Source: Mobula hypostoma
Lineage: Eukaryota
Length of the DNA: 64,000 nucleotides
Assembly (NCBI RefSeq): GCF_963921235.1
Contig: NC_086097.1
Coordinates: 120,654,001 to 120,718,000, forward strand
Direction of reading: 5' to 3'
Positions 47,310-60,775 of this stretch are shown piece by piece. Under the pieces are notes generated by a model. The model worked only from the letters and a program-made list of their open reading frames with translations, was not told where the DNA came from and searched no databases. The position numbers and the translations under genes are program-made. Position 1 is the first letter of the stretch, and each line of letters opens with the position of its first letter.

Positions 47310-49440
47310 TGATGGATTTGGCATGTCACTGACAAACTTCTAGATGTGTGGTGGAGAGTATGTTGACTGGTTATATTACAGCCTGGTATGGAATCACCAA
47401 TGCCCTTGAAAGGAATAGCCTACAAAATGTATTCTATAAAGCCTTGTCCATCACGGATAAAGCCCTCTCCACCATTGAGTACATCTACACAGAGCACTGT
47501 CGCAGGAAAGCAGCAATATTCATCAATGACACCCACCATCCAGGTCTCTTCTCACTGCTGCCATCAGGAAAAAGGTATATAAGCCTCAGGACTAACGCCA
47601 CCAGGTTTAGGAACAGCTGTTACTCCTCAACCATCAGGCTCTTGAACCAGAGGGTATAACTTCACTCACCTTCACTTGCTCCATTACTGAACTGTTCTCA
47701 CAAACTATGAAGTCACTATCAAAGACTCTTCATCATATGTTCTCAATAATTATTGCTTATTTATTTATCTATTTTTCTTTTGTGTTTGAACAGTTTGTTG
47801 TAATTTGCACATTGATAGATTTGGGAACGGCTTTTCATTGCCAAAGACGAGTGCCCAAGAAGAGCAGTGAGAGCTGCCTTGATCGTCTAGTAGCTCTCAC
47901 ATCTACGGTGATGAAAGGCTTTGATAAGTTGGTCATAGCTAGAATTAACTCCTGCCTCAGTAAGGACCTACAATTTGTCTATTGCCACAATAGGTTCAGG
48001 GTGAATGCAATCTCATTGACTAGGCATAGCTCAAATGCCATCTATACATTTGCTGATGATACAACCATTGTTGTCAGAATCTCAAATGGTGATGGTAGGG
48101 TGTACAGGAGCAAGATATACCAATTAGTTAAGTGGTGTCATAGACACTCATCTGCTCTCAATGTTAGTAAGATGAAAGAGCTGATTGTGGGCTTCAGAAA
48201 AGATAGGACAAGGGAACACAAACCAATCCTCATAAAGGAATCAGAAATGGAACAAGTGAGCAATTTCAAGTCCCTGGGTGTCAATATCTCTGACGACCTA
48301 ACCTGGTCCAAACCTACTGATGCAGTTATAAAGAAAGCAAAACAGTTGGGAGTTTGAACAGATTTAGTTTGTCACCTACAACACTCAAAAATTTCTACAC
48401 ATGTACTGCAGAGAGCATTTGACTGTCTGTATCACCATCTGGTATAGAGGGACTGCTGCATAGGATCGAAGTAAGCGGCAGAAAGTTGTAAAATTAGTCA
48501 GCTTCATCTTGGCAATAGCCTCCGTAGTATCCAAGACATCTTCAAAGAGCAGTGCCTCAGAAAGGCAGTGTCCATGATTAAGGACCTTCACCACCCAGAA
48601 CATGCTCTATTCTCACTGTTCCCATCAGGAAGGAGGTACAGAAGCATGAAGGCACACACTCAGCGGTTCAAGAACAGCTTCTTCCTCTCTGCATCAAATT
48701 TCCGAAGAGAACATTGAACCCATTGACACTACCATATTACTTTTTTTTTAAATTTCTGTTTCTACACTACTCATCTTAATGTAACTATTTAATATACATA
48801 CAGTATATATACTTACTGTAATTCCATTTTTTTCTATATTTATTATGTATTACATTGTTCTGCTACCACAATGTTAACAAATTTCATGACACATATGCCG
48901 ATGATATTAAACCTGATTCTGATTCATTGATTCTAGTATGTTCCTTGTATTCACTGTAAATGATTGCCAGAAAATTACTATCAGGATTGTATATAGTGAC
49001 AGCTATGTACCTTGATAATAGACTTACTTCAAAATTTGTATCATTCTCTGGGTTAGAGCAGCCACTGCACCGGTTAGGAAAAAGCTGCAGAGGGTTGTAA
49101 ACTCGGCCGACTCCATCATGAGCACTATTCTCCAAAGCATTGAGGACATTTTAAAAAAGGCAATGCCTCAAAAAGTCAGCATCCATCATCGAGGACCCCC
49201 AGTTACCCAGGATATGCCTTCTTCTTTTTGCTAACATCAGGCTGGAGGTACAGGAGCCTGAAGACACAAACTCAACATCTTAGGAACACCTTCTTCCCCT
49301 TACCATCAAATGTCTGCTCAGTCCATGAACATACATAAATATATATTTATTTGATCTATATTTCTTACTGTAATTCATGGTATATTTTATGTCTTTCATT
49401 TCATTGCTGATGCAGAACAACAAATTTCACGACATCTATC
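47310..49440 (+). mobile_element. Cluster of Rex1/Babar LINE fragments (~47310-47810, ~47820-48925, ~49050-49440)
   Basis: VESMLTGYITAWYG, VALTSTVMKGF, FADDTTIV, KWCH..ALNVSKMKELIV; (CTGATT) tails. The last fragment resumes at 51904-51935 after the Gypsy insertion. Confidence 0.85.
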
Positions 49441-51903
49441 TGTTGCAAGGAACAGGGCGAACCCAAACGCAGGACACTGGCACGGGGATTGAGTTAGGAT
49501 GCAGACGAGGGTGTGAGAGTGTATCCCCCTCCCTTATCCTGACCAGGGGATAGGCATTTCACAAGTCCAACTTCGAGAAAATCGTGGTTTCGTGAAGGGG
49601 CTCGAATGCTGAATTGATAAGGGGCAGGGTATACTTATTCTTTATGGTGATGTTGTTCAGGCCACGGTAGTCAATGCAGGGATGCAGTGAGCCGTCTTTC
49701 TTCCCCACAAAGAAGAAACCTGCACCTACAGGAGAAGATGGGGGTCAGATAACGCCAGCCCTGAGAGAGTCATTTACCTAAGTCTCCATTGCTTCCCTTT
49801 CTGGTCAGGACAGGTTGTACAGCCGACTGGTGGGTAGTGAGGCTCCGGGGAGAAGGTCAATAGCACAATTGTAAGGGTGATGTGGAGGCAGAGAAAGAGC
49901 CTGTTGCTTGCTAAACACTTCCCTCAGATCGTGATACTCTACGGGAACCTTGGACAAGTCAGGGGGCTCAGAGGCAGACGAGGGTGCAGTGACCTCCACT
50001 GGGGAAAGGGCTGATTGCAGACAAGTAGAATGGCAGAACGAACTCCAGTTGACTATCATCCTGGTGGGCCAGTTGATGTGGGAGTTATGACAGCTTAACC
50101 AGGGGTGGCCAAGAAATACAGGGGCTTGAGGAGAGGAAATTAAATTGAATCGTATCTGTTCCCGATGGTTTCCGGAGAGAAGGAGAAGCAGAGGTACCGT
50201 GCAGTGTGTGACTCGGGCCAGGAGTCTACTGTCCACTGCCTGGGCTTCTGGGGATACACAATGGCTCATGAGGAATTCCGGCTTGGAAGGCTAAGTTTTC
50301 ATCCAAAAGGTTTCCCTCTGCGCCGGAGTCCACTAGTGCTAACAGAGGCACGGACTGCTGGTTGTAACACAAAGTGGCTTGAAGCTGCATCCGGGTCGGG
50401 GGACAGAAGGGAATGTTGTCTGACTCACCAGGGTCCCCCTTCTACTGGTGAACCTTCCGCTTTTGGCCGAAGGGGACAGGTGGCAAGGAAGTGGCTGGAC
50501 TGGCCGCAATATAGACACTCATCTGTTCTCAATCTCCAGAGTCGTTCAATGGGAGAAAGGTGGTTCCGTCCCAGCTGCATGGGTTCCTCTCCTGGGGCGG
50601 TGGAAACGGCCGGGCTGGGAGCTACGCAGGGTGCAGAAGGAGGAGAGAGGCTTGTTCTGGTGGGAGTGGTAATGAGTGCCGAGAAGTGGCCAACAGTGGT
50701 GGATGACCAGTTCTCACTCTATGGCGTTCGCGGAGACGATTGTCCAACCTAGTGGCTAGGGAGATCAGGGAATCCAGGCTGTCAGTGTCGTCTCTTGCCG
50801 CCAACTTGTCTTTTACCATGTCACTGAGTCCATTCCGAAAATCCCTGGAGTGACTCATCGTTCCACCCCGAGTCAGCTGCTAACGTCCAGAACTCCACAG
50901 AATATTCGGCAACACTGCGGGAGCCCTGGTGGAGAATGATAAGATGCTTGGCGGCATCTTTACTATGGACGGGGTGGTCAAAGATCTTTCTCATTTCCGC
51001 GATGAAAATGGCGAAAGAGGATATAAGCAATCTTTGACTTGTCCGTGGAGTAAGTTGACGACGGCTGTTCAACCACCAAGGAGCACTAAAGGAGGAAGGC
51101 CCGGCACTTCCCCAAATCTCCAACGTAGTGCTCCGGCTCAGGTATGAGAGACTCTCTTGGCGGGGGTGTTGGTGTCACGGCAGGAGTTGCCACTACAGGC
51201 TGTCTGGTCTGGTTAGACAGGGTTCCAGGAGTGGGTTGAGTGAAATGAGTGGAGACACTGTCCAACTGGTTACCGATCTGCGTGACATGAGCAGACAGGG
51301 AACGGAAGTTCTCCATGACCTCCCGAAGGAGTTGGTCGTGCTGTCCCGGTAGGGAACCCTGGCTGGCGAGGGCTTGTTGAAGGGTATTTGTGTCTGCTGG
51401 GTCCATGGTGGCCAGATCGTTCTGTTGTGAGGAACGGGACTAACCCAAACGCAGGACACTGGCATAAAGATTGAGTTAGGATGCAGACGAGAGTGTGAGA
51501 GTGGCTGGAGCTGAACTGCAAACAGGAGAGTGATCAGGAAAGCAGGAGTCAGGCAGAACTTATTTTGACACGGAGCGTAGAAAGGCAAGCGGTAGACAAT
51601 GCTTTTCTTGACTCGGAGGGATGGAGTTATACAGGTAAACTTCGGTATTGAAGTAAATCTTAGAATCCTTATCTTGACAATGAGAGACAGAGTTACACAG
51701 GTAAACTTCGGTACTGAAGTAAAACTTAGAATACAATCCTAAGTGGCCGGGAACGTTAATCACCACACTGGCTAAAACAATGATCTGGCAACGAGTGGGT
51801 GCAAAGCCAGGGTTTTTATGCTGCAGGTCTTGATGAGAACCAGGTGTGCCGCCATCAAAGGGAACTAGGAGAAAATGGGGAATTAACGGTCAGGACCGTG
51901 ACA
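49441..51903 (-). mobile_element. Sushi/PEG10-like Gypsy LTR retrotransposon: 5' LTR 51423-51903, gag, PR, RT N-terminus, truncated 3' LTR 49441-~49520
   Basis: gag [84 protein letters not shown]; 49441-49520 matches 51423-51500. Confidence 0.92.
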
Positions 51904-52364
51904 ACATCAGTAATAATAAATTCTGATACTGATGCAACCTCAAAGAATGGAATGGAAATTAGATATTGTCCCAAGTATTCTTTCTTTAATGATATTACCT
52001 GACCTGAATAAAGCACTCGGATCTGCTTTCACTTTCAACGATGAAGATCAGCAATTGACATTCAGCAGCTCATTCTTAAAGTAAACCAAACATCATTCAT
52101 CTCTAATGCCTTTGAGCAATTGCAACATGAGTTACATGTGCATTCAGGATATCACAAGCATATTCGTAATTGAACAAGGATTTCAAAGAATTATTAACAT
52201 AAAAGCATGGATGGATTATTTCTTATGCTTGGGAATTTATAGCTCGCATAAAATTAGTATATGGTGGAATATCAAGGAGGATACATTGTGAGTTTGCAGT
52301 CCTCTGTGTCCAGCTTTCAAAGTGTTCCTTATCTGGATGATATTCTATGTTCTTCTTCAAGGAT

Positions 52365-53720
52365 TGTTGCCTTGTTGTGGTAGAGAGGTTTGTGAGTTCC
52401 TGAGATCCCAAAAGCGATACTAACAGGAGTTCAGTCACCTGGCACTTTGCTCCTGGTAGGATCACCTACTTTATACTTTATACTTCATTGTCGCCAAACA
52501 ATTGATACTAGAATGTACAATCATCACAGCAATATTTGATTCTCCGCTTCCTGCTCCCTGGATTACAAATCGATAGTAAATATTAAAAATTTAAACTACA
52601 AATCATAAATAGAAATATAGAAAAACGGTAAGTAAGGTAGTGCAAAAAAACCGAGAGGCAGGTCTGGATATTTGGAGGGTACGGCCCAAATCCGGGACAG
52701 GATCCGTTCAGCAGTCTTATCACAGTTGGAAAGAAGCTGTTCCCTAATCTGGCCATACGAGTCTTCAAGCTCCTGAGCCTTCTCCCGGAGGGAAGAGGGA
52801 CGAAAAGTCTGTTGGCTGGGTGGGTCGTGTCCTTGATTATCCTGGCAGCACTGCTCCGACAGCATGCGGTGTAAAGTGAGTCCACGGACGGAAGATTGGT
52901 TTGTGTGATGTGCTGTGCCATGTTCACGATCTTCTGCAGCTTCTTTCGGTCTTGGACAGGACAACTTCCATACCAGGTTGTGATGCACCCTAGAAGAATG
53001 CTTTCTACGGTACATCTAGAAAAATTAGTGAGTGTTTTAGGGGACAGGCCAAATTTCTCTAGTTTTCTTAGGAAGTAAAGGCGCTGGTGGGCCTTCTTGG
53101 CAGTGGACTCTGCTTGGTTGGACCAAGTGAGGGCATTTGTGATATTGACCCCGAGGAACTTAAAGCTTTTGACCTGTTCCACTTGCGCACCACCGATGTA
53201 AATTGGGTCGTGTGGTCCGCTACTCCTTCTGAAGTCAACAACCAATTCCTTCATCTTGCTGACGTTGAGGGATAGGTTATTGTCTTCACACCATGCAACC
53301 AAGTTCTTAATTTCCTCTCTGTACTCCATCTCATCATTACCAGAGATACAGCCTACAATTGTTTTGTTATCAACATATTGTGCCTATGGTCGAGGGGGAG
53401 GTTCCATACAAAGAGCAATCCAACCAAGACCTCAGTGACAGAGCCAGCAGAGGATGCTAACACATCACAACGGCAGTGAAGGGACTCTAATCATCTTACA
53501 TTCCGTGCCACTGGACCCCAACACGTATCTATCAAAGACTGCATCGTGGCTGCCTATTCATCAGCCTGCCCAGAATAAACAAAATCATGCACACAGATAC
53601 TTCATTAAGGGCAGAATATATGGACCCGGATCGGCCTCCACAGCCACCTAAACACCCATCAATTGACAATCCCTTCTGAGAACTTCACAGTGGACTCAAG
53701 TGATTGCACCATTACTACTA
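52365..53720 (+). mobile_element. RTE-type 5'-UTR-derived element interrupted by a Rex/Babar insertion
   Basis: CCTTGTTGTGGTAGAGAGGTTTG..CCTGGTAGGATCACC resembles the conserved RTE/BovB/Rex3 5' region; it continues at ~53375 (GGTCGAGGGGGAGGTTCCATACAAAGAGC). Confidence 0.55.
52468..53373 (-). mobile_element. Young Rex1/Babar LINE 3' part
   Basis: Open 248-aa frame YREEIKNLVAWCEDNNLSLNVSK..KKAHQRLYFLRKL..LPSGRRLRS; (TACTTTA)n tail. Confidence 0.93.
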
Positions 53721-54056
53721 ATTCATGCACTCACACATTAGTAAGTATAATGTTTATAGATATGAAATTTAGCTTGCATTAAAGCCAAGCCTGATTCTGC
53801 AGTTATCCAGTTGCAGGAGTCACTGGAGACAATGCCAGCATCAGAAGTAATGGTCGTTATCCTCTCCTCCAGCAATGAACATCAAAACAAATGGCAGCAA
53901 TGTGACACAACAGCTGAGATCAAGTAACTGCAAGCACTCTTGCTTAGTAAGGGCCATTTTACACACTAGCTTTGGGACTACTCATGAACACCATTTATTC
54001 CAAATGCCATATCCTGTAAGATAACCAGCATCCATTCTACAATAATGTGGTGTATA

Positions 54057-54500
54057 AGGTGTCCAGGGAGGGGTAGCACCGCTGGAGGAGGGGCTTGACG
54101 TGTCCACTCCATGTGGCTCACTCACCTTTGGTCAGTACCTGACACTCAGTCCTCACCTGTTTCACAGAGCACCTGTTGGCATGTGACAATGGGCACACAC
54201 CAGTACACCTCTTTTGGGGAGCTGGCAGACCCTACAGCCCAGTGAGATAGGGGCATACCTGTCCTAGTCTGTGAATTCAGCTCATGTGGACTGGATGGAT
54301 GTGATCAACAGTGAGACCCAATGGCCAGGAAAGTGGTTCTGCAATGCTTCATGAAGAGCAAAAGGAATGACAGGGCACAGAAGAAGACATGGACATCCAC
54401 AGCAACCACGGGGTTCCATTTAACAAAGACTTCCCAAGTCGTGTGAGTAGAACTGCCCCTGTGCATTGACTCTTCCACTTTAATAATTTCCCACACACGT
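54057..54500 (+). mobile_element. Non-coding repeat, probable RTE-related SINE (same family as 4049-4590)
   Basis: Reverse match to 4049-4590; RTE-like head GGAGGAGGGGCTTGACGTGTCC; ends CCCACACAC. Confidence 0.55.
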
Positions 54501-54810
54501 TTCTTCCTGCAGTTCACGTAACAGGAAAACTGCACAAATAAAACAGACGTCATTGGACACCACAGACAGCCAACCAATCAGTCATTCTACAATAATAAGG
54601 AAAAATAGTTATTATATCAATCCAGTAGCCTAAGAATTAGTCTTAGTTTTAGCATCACTCCCCTTGAAAATTAATCAGTAGAAAATTCTGACAGCAAATG
54701 TGAGGTTAAATGACTGGGAGATTTCCTACCTTCTTCCTCAGCTGATAAAAATACAAAGCAAGGATTTTCAAACAAATAAACAATACTTTAGCACAATGCC
54801 ATGATGAAGA

Positions 54811-55275
54811 ATACACTGAGTGGCCACTTTATTAGGTACACCTGTACACCTGATTGTTAATGCGAATATCTAATCAGTCAATCAGGCGGCAGCAACTCAA
54901 TGCATAAAAGCATGCAGACATGGTCAAGAGGTTCAGTTGTTGGGAAAGAAATATGGTCTAGGTGATTTTGACCATGAAGTGATTGTTAGTGCCAGATGAG
55001 GTGGTTCGAGTATCTGCCAAACTGCTGATTTCTGGGGATTTTCACACACAACAGGCTCTAGAGTTGGTTAAAAGTTGTAGACTGGTTAAAAATAACATCC
55101 AGTGAGCAGCAGTCCTGTGGGTGAAAACACCTTGTTAATGAGAGAGGCCAGAGGAGAACGGCCAGACTGATTCAAGCTGACAGGAAGGCAACAGTAACAC
55201 AAATAAACACTCGTTATCACCGTGGTGTGCAGAGCAGTATCTCTAAAAGCGCAATACGCCCCAACCTTAAAGTTG
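54811..55275 (+). mobile_element. Non-autonomous Tc1 derivative, 3'-truncated
   Basis: TACACTGAGTGGCCACTTTATTAGGTACACCTG start; same body as the other copies. Confidence 0.85.
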
Positions 55276-55799
55276 CTACTCAGAAAAAAGTAATCATAGG
55301 AAAAACTTACTGAACTGGAAATCAGCCAGTATGTAGACCTCAGACAGTGATTCTGACAGTTATGTTATAGGGTATTCCTTCTGAAAACTCTCCTTGGCAG
55401 GCATGTGAAAGCCATACATCTTTGACAAACATTATCTTTCTCCTTTTGAGACATGTATCTGGCATTTGCTCACAATTTTAAGCTGCATATCTTTTGTTTC
55501 TCTTGTTTGTTTGCTGCTTACAGACACAAAACAGATAAGCAGAGAGCGCACTTGAAAATTACAGAATTACTAATTACTGATGTCACAAGCTTCACTAATG
55601 GTGATTTATCATCTGGCAACATTCCCAAAAATAAAATGATGTTACAGGAAAAGAAATCAGTGGTTTCTGTAAATAAGAAAATAGGAACAGCTGACAGGGT
55701 AGAAACAAACATAAATTAGCATTCAGCTGCCAGTCTCCTACAGGATAATATCCAATGAAATAATTTGCAAAGTAATCATTATTTAGTTCTAACCACAAT

Positions 55800-58700
55800 T
55801 TCTTTCTTATTTTGCCCATTATGTCCCTGGCCTTTAGGACAGCAATGAAGGTCCTCCATGGTTCGGGAGGGTTTAAACTAATTTGCAAGGGGGATGGAAC
55901 CTGGAGTGATAGAGCAGTGAAAGAAGTGCATGGAGGAAAACCAGATCTAACATATAGAGAGGCTTTGAGGAAAGAGAAGCAGAATAAAGGGTGTAAAGGT
56001 AGTAAGGTAGAAGGGCTAAAGTGCATGTACTTCAATGTAAGAAGCTTCAGGATCAAAGGTGATGAACTGAGAGCTCGGATAGATACCTGGAAGTATGATG
56101 TAGTGGCCATTACAGAGACTTGGCTGGCACCAAAGCAGGAATGGATTCTCAGTATTCCTGGATTTCAGTGCTTTAAAATGGATAGAAAGGAGGGAAAAAG
56201 GGGAAGAGGGGTGGCATTACTGGTCAGGGATACTATTACAGCTACAGAAAGGGTGGGTAATGTAGCAGGATCCTCTTTTGAGTCAGTATGGGTGGAAGTT
56301 AGGAACAGTAAGGGAGCAGTTACTCTATTGGGAGTATTCTATAGGCCCCCTGGTAGCAGCAGAGATACAGAGGAGCAGATTGGGAGGCAGATTTTGGAAA
56401 GGTGCAAAAATAATAGGGTTGTTATCATGGGTGACGTTAACTTCCCTAATATTGATTGGCACCTGATTACTTCCAACGGTTTAGACAGGATAGAGTTTGT
56501 TAAGTGTGTCCAGGACGGATCCTGTCACAGTATGTTGACAGTCCAACTGGGGGATGCCATACTAGATCTAGTATTAGGTAACGAATCGGGTCAGGTCATA
56601 GATCTCTCAGTGGATGAGCATCTGGGGGATAGTGACCACTGCTCCCTGGCCTTTAGCATTATCATGGAAAAGGATACAATCAGAGAGGACAGGAAAATTT
56701 TTAATTGGGAAGGGCAAATTATGAGACTATAAGGCTAGAACTTGCGGGTGTGAATTGGGATGATGTTTTTGCAGGGAAATGTACAATGGATATGTGGTCG
56801 ATGTTTAGAGATTTCTTGCAGGATGTTAGGGATAAATTTGTCCCGGTGAGAAAGATAAAGAATGGTAGGGTGAAGGAACCATGGGTGATAAGTGAGGTGG
56901 AAAATCTAGTCAGGTGGAAGAAGGCAGCATGCATGAGGTTTAGGAAGCAAGGATCAGATGGGTCTATTGAGGAATATAGGATAGCAAGAAAGGAGCTTAA
57001 GAAGGGGCTGAGAAGAGCAAGAAGGGGGCATGAGAAGGCCTTGGTGAGTAGGGTAAAGGAAAACCCCAAGGCATTCTTCAATTATGCGAAGAACAAAAGG
57101 ATGTCAGGAGTGAAGGTAGGACCGATTAGAGATAAAGGTGGGAAGATGTGCCTGGAGGCTGTGGAAGTGAATGATGTGGAAGTGGAAATTCCTCAATGAA
57201 TACTTCTCTTCCGTATTCACCAATGAGAGGGAACTTGATGACGGTGAGGACAATATGAGTGAGGTTGATGTTCTGGAGCATGTTGATATTAAGGGAGAGG
57301 AGGTGTTGGAGTTATTAAAATACATTAGGATGGATAAATCCCCGGGGTCGGATGGAATATTCCCCAGGCTGCGCCACGAGGCAAGGGAAAAGATTGCTGA
57401 GCCTCTGGCTAGGATCTTTATGTCCTCGTTGTCTACAGGAATGGTACTGCAGGATTGGATGTGAATGTTGTCCCCTTGTTCAAAAAAGGTAGTAGATGTA
57501 GTCCGGGTAATTACAGACCAGTGAGTCTTACATCTGTGGTGGGAAAGCCGTTGGAAAAGATTCTTAGAGATAGGATCTATGGGCATTTAGAGAATCATGG
57601 TCTGATCAGGGACTGTCAGCATGGCTTTGTGAAGGGCAGATCGTGTCTAACAAGCCTGATAGAGTTCTTTCAGGAGGTGACCAGGCATGTAGATGAGGGC
57701 AGTGCAGTGGATGTGATCTACATGGATTTTAGTAAGGCATTTGACAAGGTTCCACACGGTAGGCTTATTCAGAAAGTCAGAAGGCATGGGATCCAGGGAA
57801 GTTTGGCCAGGTGGATTCAGAATTGGCTTGCTTGCAGAAGGCAGAGGGTCATGGTGGAGGGAGTACATTCAGATTGGAGGATTGTGACTAGTGGTGTCCT
57901 ACAAGGATCGGTTCTGGGACCTCTACTTTTCGTGATTTTTATTGACAACCTGGATGTGGGGGTAGAAGAGTAGGTTGGCAAGTTTGCAGATGACACAATG
58001 GTTAGTGGTGTTGTAGATAGTGTAGGGGATTGTCAAAGATTGCAGAGAGACATTGATAGGATGCAGAAGTGGGCTGAGAAGTGGCAGATGGAGTTCAACC
58101 CGGAGAGGTGAGAGATGGTACACTTTGGAAGGACAAATTCCAAGGCAGAGTACAAAGTAAATGGCAGGATACTTGGTAGTGTGGAGGAGCAGAGGGATCT
58201 GAGGGTACATGTCCACAGATCCTTAAAAGAAGCCTCACAGGTAGATAGGGTAGATAAGAAAGCTTATGGGGTGTTAGCTTTCATAAGTCGAGGGAAAGAG
58301 TTTCAGAGTCATGGGGTAATGATGCAGCTCTATAAAACTCTCGTTAGGCCACACTTGGAGTACTGTGTCCAGTTCTGGTTGCCTCACTATAGGAAGGATG
58401 TGGAAGCAATGGAAAGGGTACAGAGGAGATTTACCAAGATGCTGCCTGGTTTAGAGAGTATGGATTATGATCAGAGATTAAGGGAGTTATGGCTTTACTC
58501 TTTGGAGAGGAGGAGGATGAGAGGAGACATGATAGAAGTATACAAGATATTAAGAGGAATAGATAGAGTGAATAACAAGTGCCTCTTCCCTAGGGCACCA
58601 CTGCTCAATACAAGAAGACATGGCTTTAAGGTAAGGGGTGGGAAATTCAAGCAGGATATTAGAGAAAGGTTTTTCACTCAGAGAGTGGTTAGTGCGTGGA

Positions 58701-59230
58701 ATGCACTGCCTGAGTCAGTGGTGGAGGCAGATACACTAGTGAATTTTAAGAGACTACTAGACAGGTATATGAAGGAACTTAAGGTGGGGTGTTATATGGG
58801 AGGCAGGGTTTGAGGGTCGGCACAAAAATGTGGGCCGAAGGACCTGTACTGTGCTGTACTATTCTATGTTCTATGTAACTCTGGCCGTGTTCACAGCTTC
58901 CTTCATTGAGTCAGTAGCTTCCTCTCAGTTTTCTGTCGTTCATGCAAGCCTAGGATGTGGACTCAGGAATACTGTCACATTCAGATGTAAAAGGATTCTT
59001 CATCGCAGTTGCTATAAAACTTTTGTTTGGCCAGTCAGGGTTGTTAGCCTTGAACGGACCACACAAACCTGGAGGATTGGTGGATCACTCTCAGTCTGGC
59101 CTCTACCCTTTGGCCTGTTTGGTACTGGTAACCCTCCATGAACTAAAGTATAAAGCCCTGACTCCAGCCACTATCGCTCTCTGGTTCACTGGAGCGTGCA
59201 AACCTCCAAACCACAACAAGGTTGTGGTTC
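55800..59230 (-). mobile_element. Bipartite RTE-derived element (head ~58878-59230, tail ~55800-55860) split by a CR1
   Basis: Minus-strand head CAACCTTGTTGTGGTTTGGAGGTTTGCACGC..GGTTACCAGTACCAAACAGG; tail ATGGAGGACCTTCATTGCTGTCCTAAAGGCC..AAGAAAGAAA. Confidence 0.6.
55861..58877 (+). mobile_element. CR1 LINE with essentially complete ORF2 (APE endonuclease plus RT), frameshifted
   Basis: YFNVRS..YDVVAITETWL, GVFYRPP, MGDVNFP, LGDSDH (APE); [42 protein letters not shown] (RT); tail TTCTATGTTCTATGT. Confidence 0.95.
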
Positions 59231-59309
59231 TCTTGGGGGATAACCACAATAATTTTAACGAAATGTGAAATGAAGGGTGTCACCTTTAGAAATTGTGGCA
59301 ATTTGTCGT

Positions 59310-59660
59310 CGTATATCTAATTAGCCAATCATGTGGCAGCAACTCAATGCATAAAAGCATGGTCAAGAGGTTCTGTTGCTGTTCAGATCAAGCACCAGAA
59401 TGGGGAAGGAATGTGATTTATGTGACTTTGACTGTGGAATGATTGTTTGTACCAGACAGGGTGGTTTGAGTATCTCAGAAACTGCTGATCTCCTGGGATT
59501 TTCACACACAAAAGTCTCTAAAGTGTATAGACGATGGTGAGGAAATACAAAAAAAAAATCAGTGAGTAACATATCTGGAGACGAAAAATCCTTGTTCATG
59601 ACAGAAGTCAGAAGAGAATGGCCAGACTGGTTTAAGCAAACAGGAAGGCGACAGGAAATA
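59310..59660 (+). mobile_element. Tc1 derivative internal fragment
   Basis: AGCCAATCATGTGGCAGCAACTCAATGCATAAAAGCATG..GAGTATCTCAGAAACTGCTGATCTCCTGGG. Confidence 0.85.
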
Positions 59661-59739
59661 ATCAGTGTGTGAAGAAAAACTGTGTTACTGTTTAGGTTAG
59701 AGACCCTTCATCAGAATTAAAAAGGAGACAGGAGAAAAT

Positions 59740-60775
59740 TTGTAAGAATGTTGCTAAAACTTGAGGACTTGAGTTATAAGGAAAGTTTGAATAGGTTAGA
59801 ATTTTATTCGCTGGAGCATTGGAGAATGAGAGAAAATTTGATAGATGTATACAAAACTATGAGGGGTATAGATAGGGTTAATACAAACAGGCTTTTCCAC
59901 TGTGGTTGAGTGAAATATTAGCACTAGAGTTCATAGGTTAAGAGTGAAAGATGGCATATTTAGGGTAAACCTGAGGGGGAACATCTTCACTCAAAGGGTG
60001 GTGTGAGTGTAGAACAAGCTGCCAGTGGAAGTGTTGGATGTGGGTTCAATTGGAACATTAAAGAGAAGTTTAGGTAAGTACATACAGTAGATAAGAAGAG
60101 TATGGAGGCTTACAGTACAGACAAAGGGTCAATGAGACTCTCAGAATAATGGTTCAGCACTGGCTAGATGAGCTGAAAGGTCGGTTTTTGTACTGTGGTG
60201 CCCTGTGACTCTATAACTTCATGGGACAAAAGAAGCTTGTTAATCATCCCAATGCCACACTGGCCTCTCAGTCGGTGGCCTCATGTACAGTCACAGTGAG
60301 ACCCATCTTCACAAGGATGATTCCAGGAATGAAGGGGTTAACATATGAGGAGCATTTGGCAGCTTTGGGCCTGTACTCACTGGAATTTATCATTGAAACT
60401 TAACAGATGTGGAAAGGAATAAACAGGGTAGCTGTGGAGAGAACATTTCCTATGGTGAAGTTATCCAAAACTAGAGGGCACAGCCTCCAAATTGAGGGCG
60501 ACCCTTTAGAACAGAGGTAAGGAGGAATGTTTTTAGCCAGAGTGTAGTAAATCTAAGGAGCGCTCTTCCATAGATTGCAGTGGAGGCCAAGATTTTGTGT
60601 ATATTTAAAGTGGAAGTTGATTGTTTGCTGATTGGTCAGGGCATTGAAGGATATGGTGAGAAGGGAGGTGTATGGGTTGAGTAGGATCCAGGGACAGCCA
60701 TGATGGAAAAGAGGAGCAAACTTGATGGGCTGAATGGCTTAATTCTGCTCCTATGTCTTATGGTTTATTGTCTTA
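59740..60775 (+). mobile_element. Two tandem CR1 3' ends (~59740-60215, ~60305-60775)
   Basis: Typical CR1 ORF2 C-terminus and 3' UTR (FTRMIPGMKGLTYEE..LGLYSLEF; AATTCTGCTCCTATGTCTTATGG). Confidence 0.8.

Noticed and set aside
50420..50480. Programmed gag-pol frameshift site in the sushi-like element
   Set aside because: The copy has several indels, so the original frame relationship cannot be read from it.
55524..55719. Plus-strand exon after a strong pyrimidine tract (HKTDKQRAHLKITELL...)
   Set aside because: No convincing donor, unrecognised peptide, and it cannot be chained to the other candidates.
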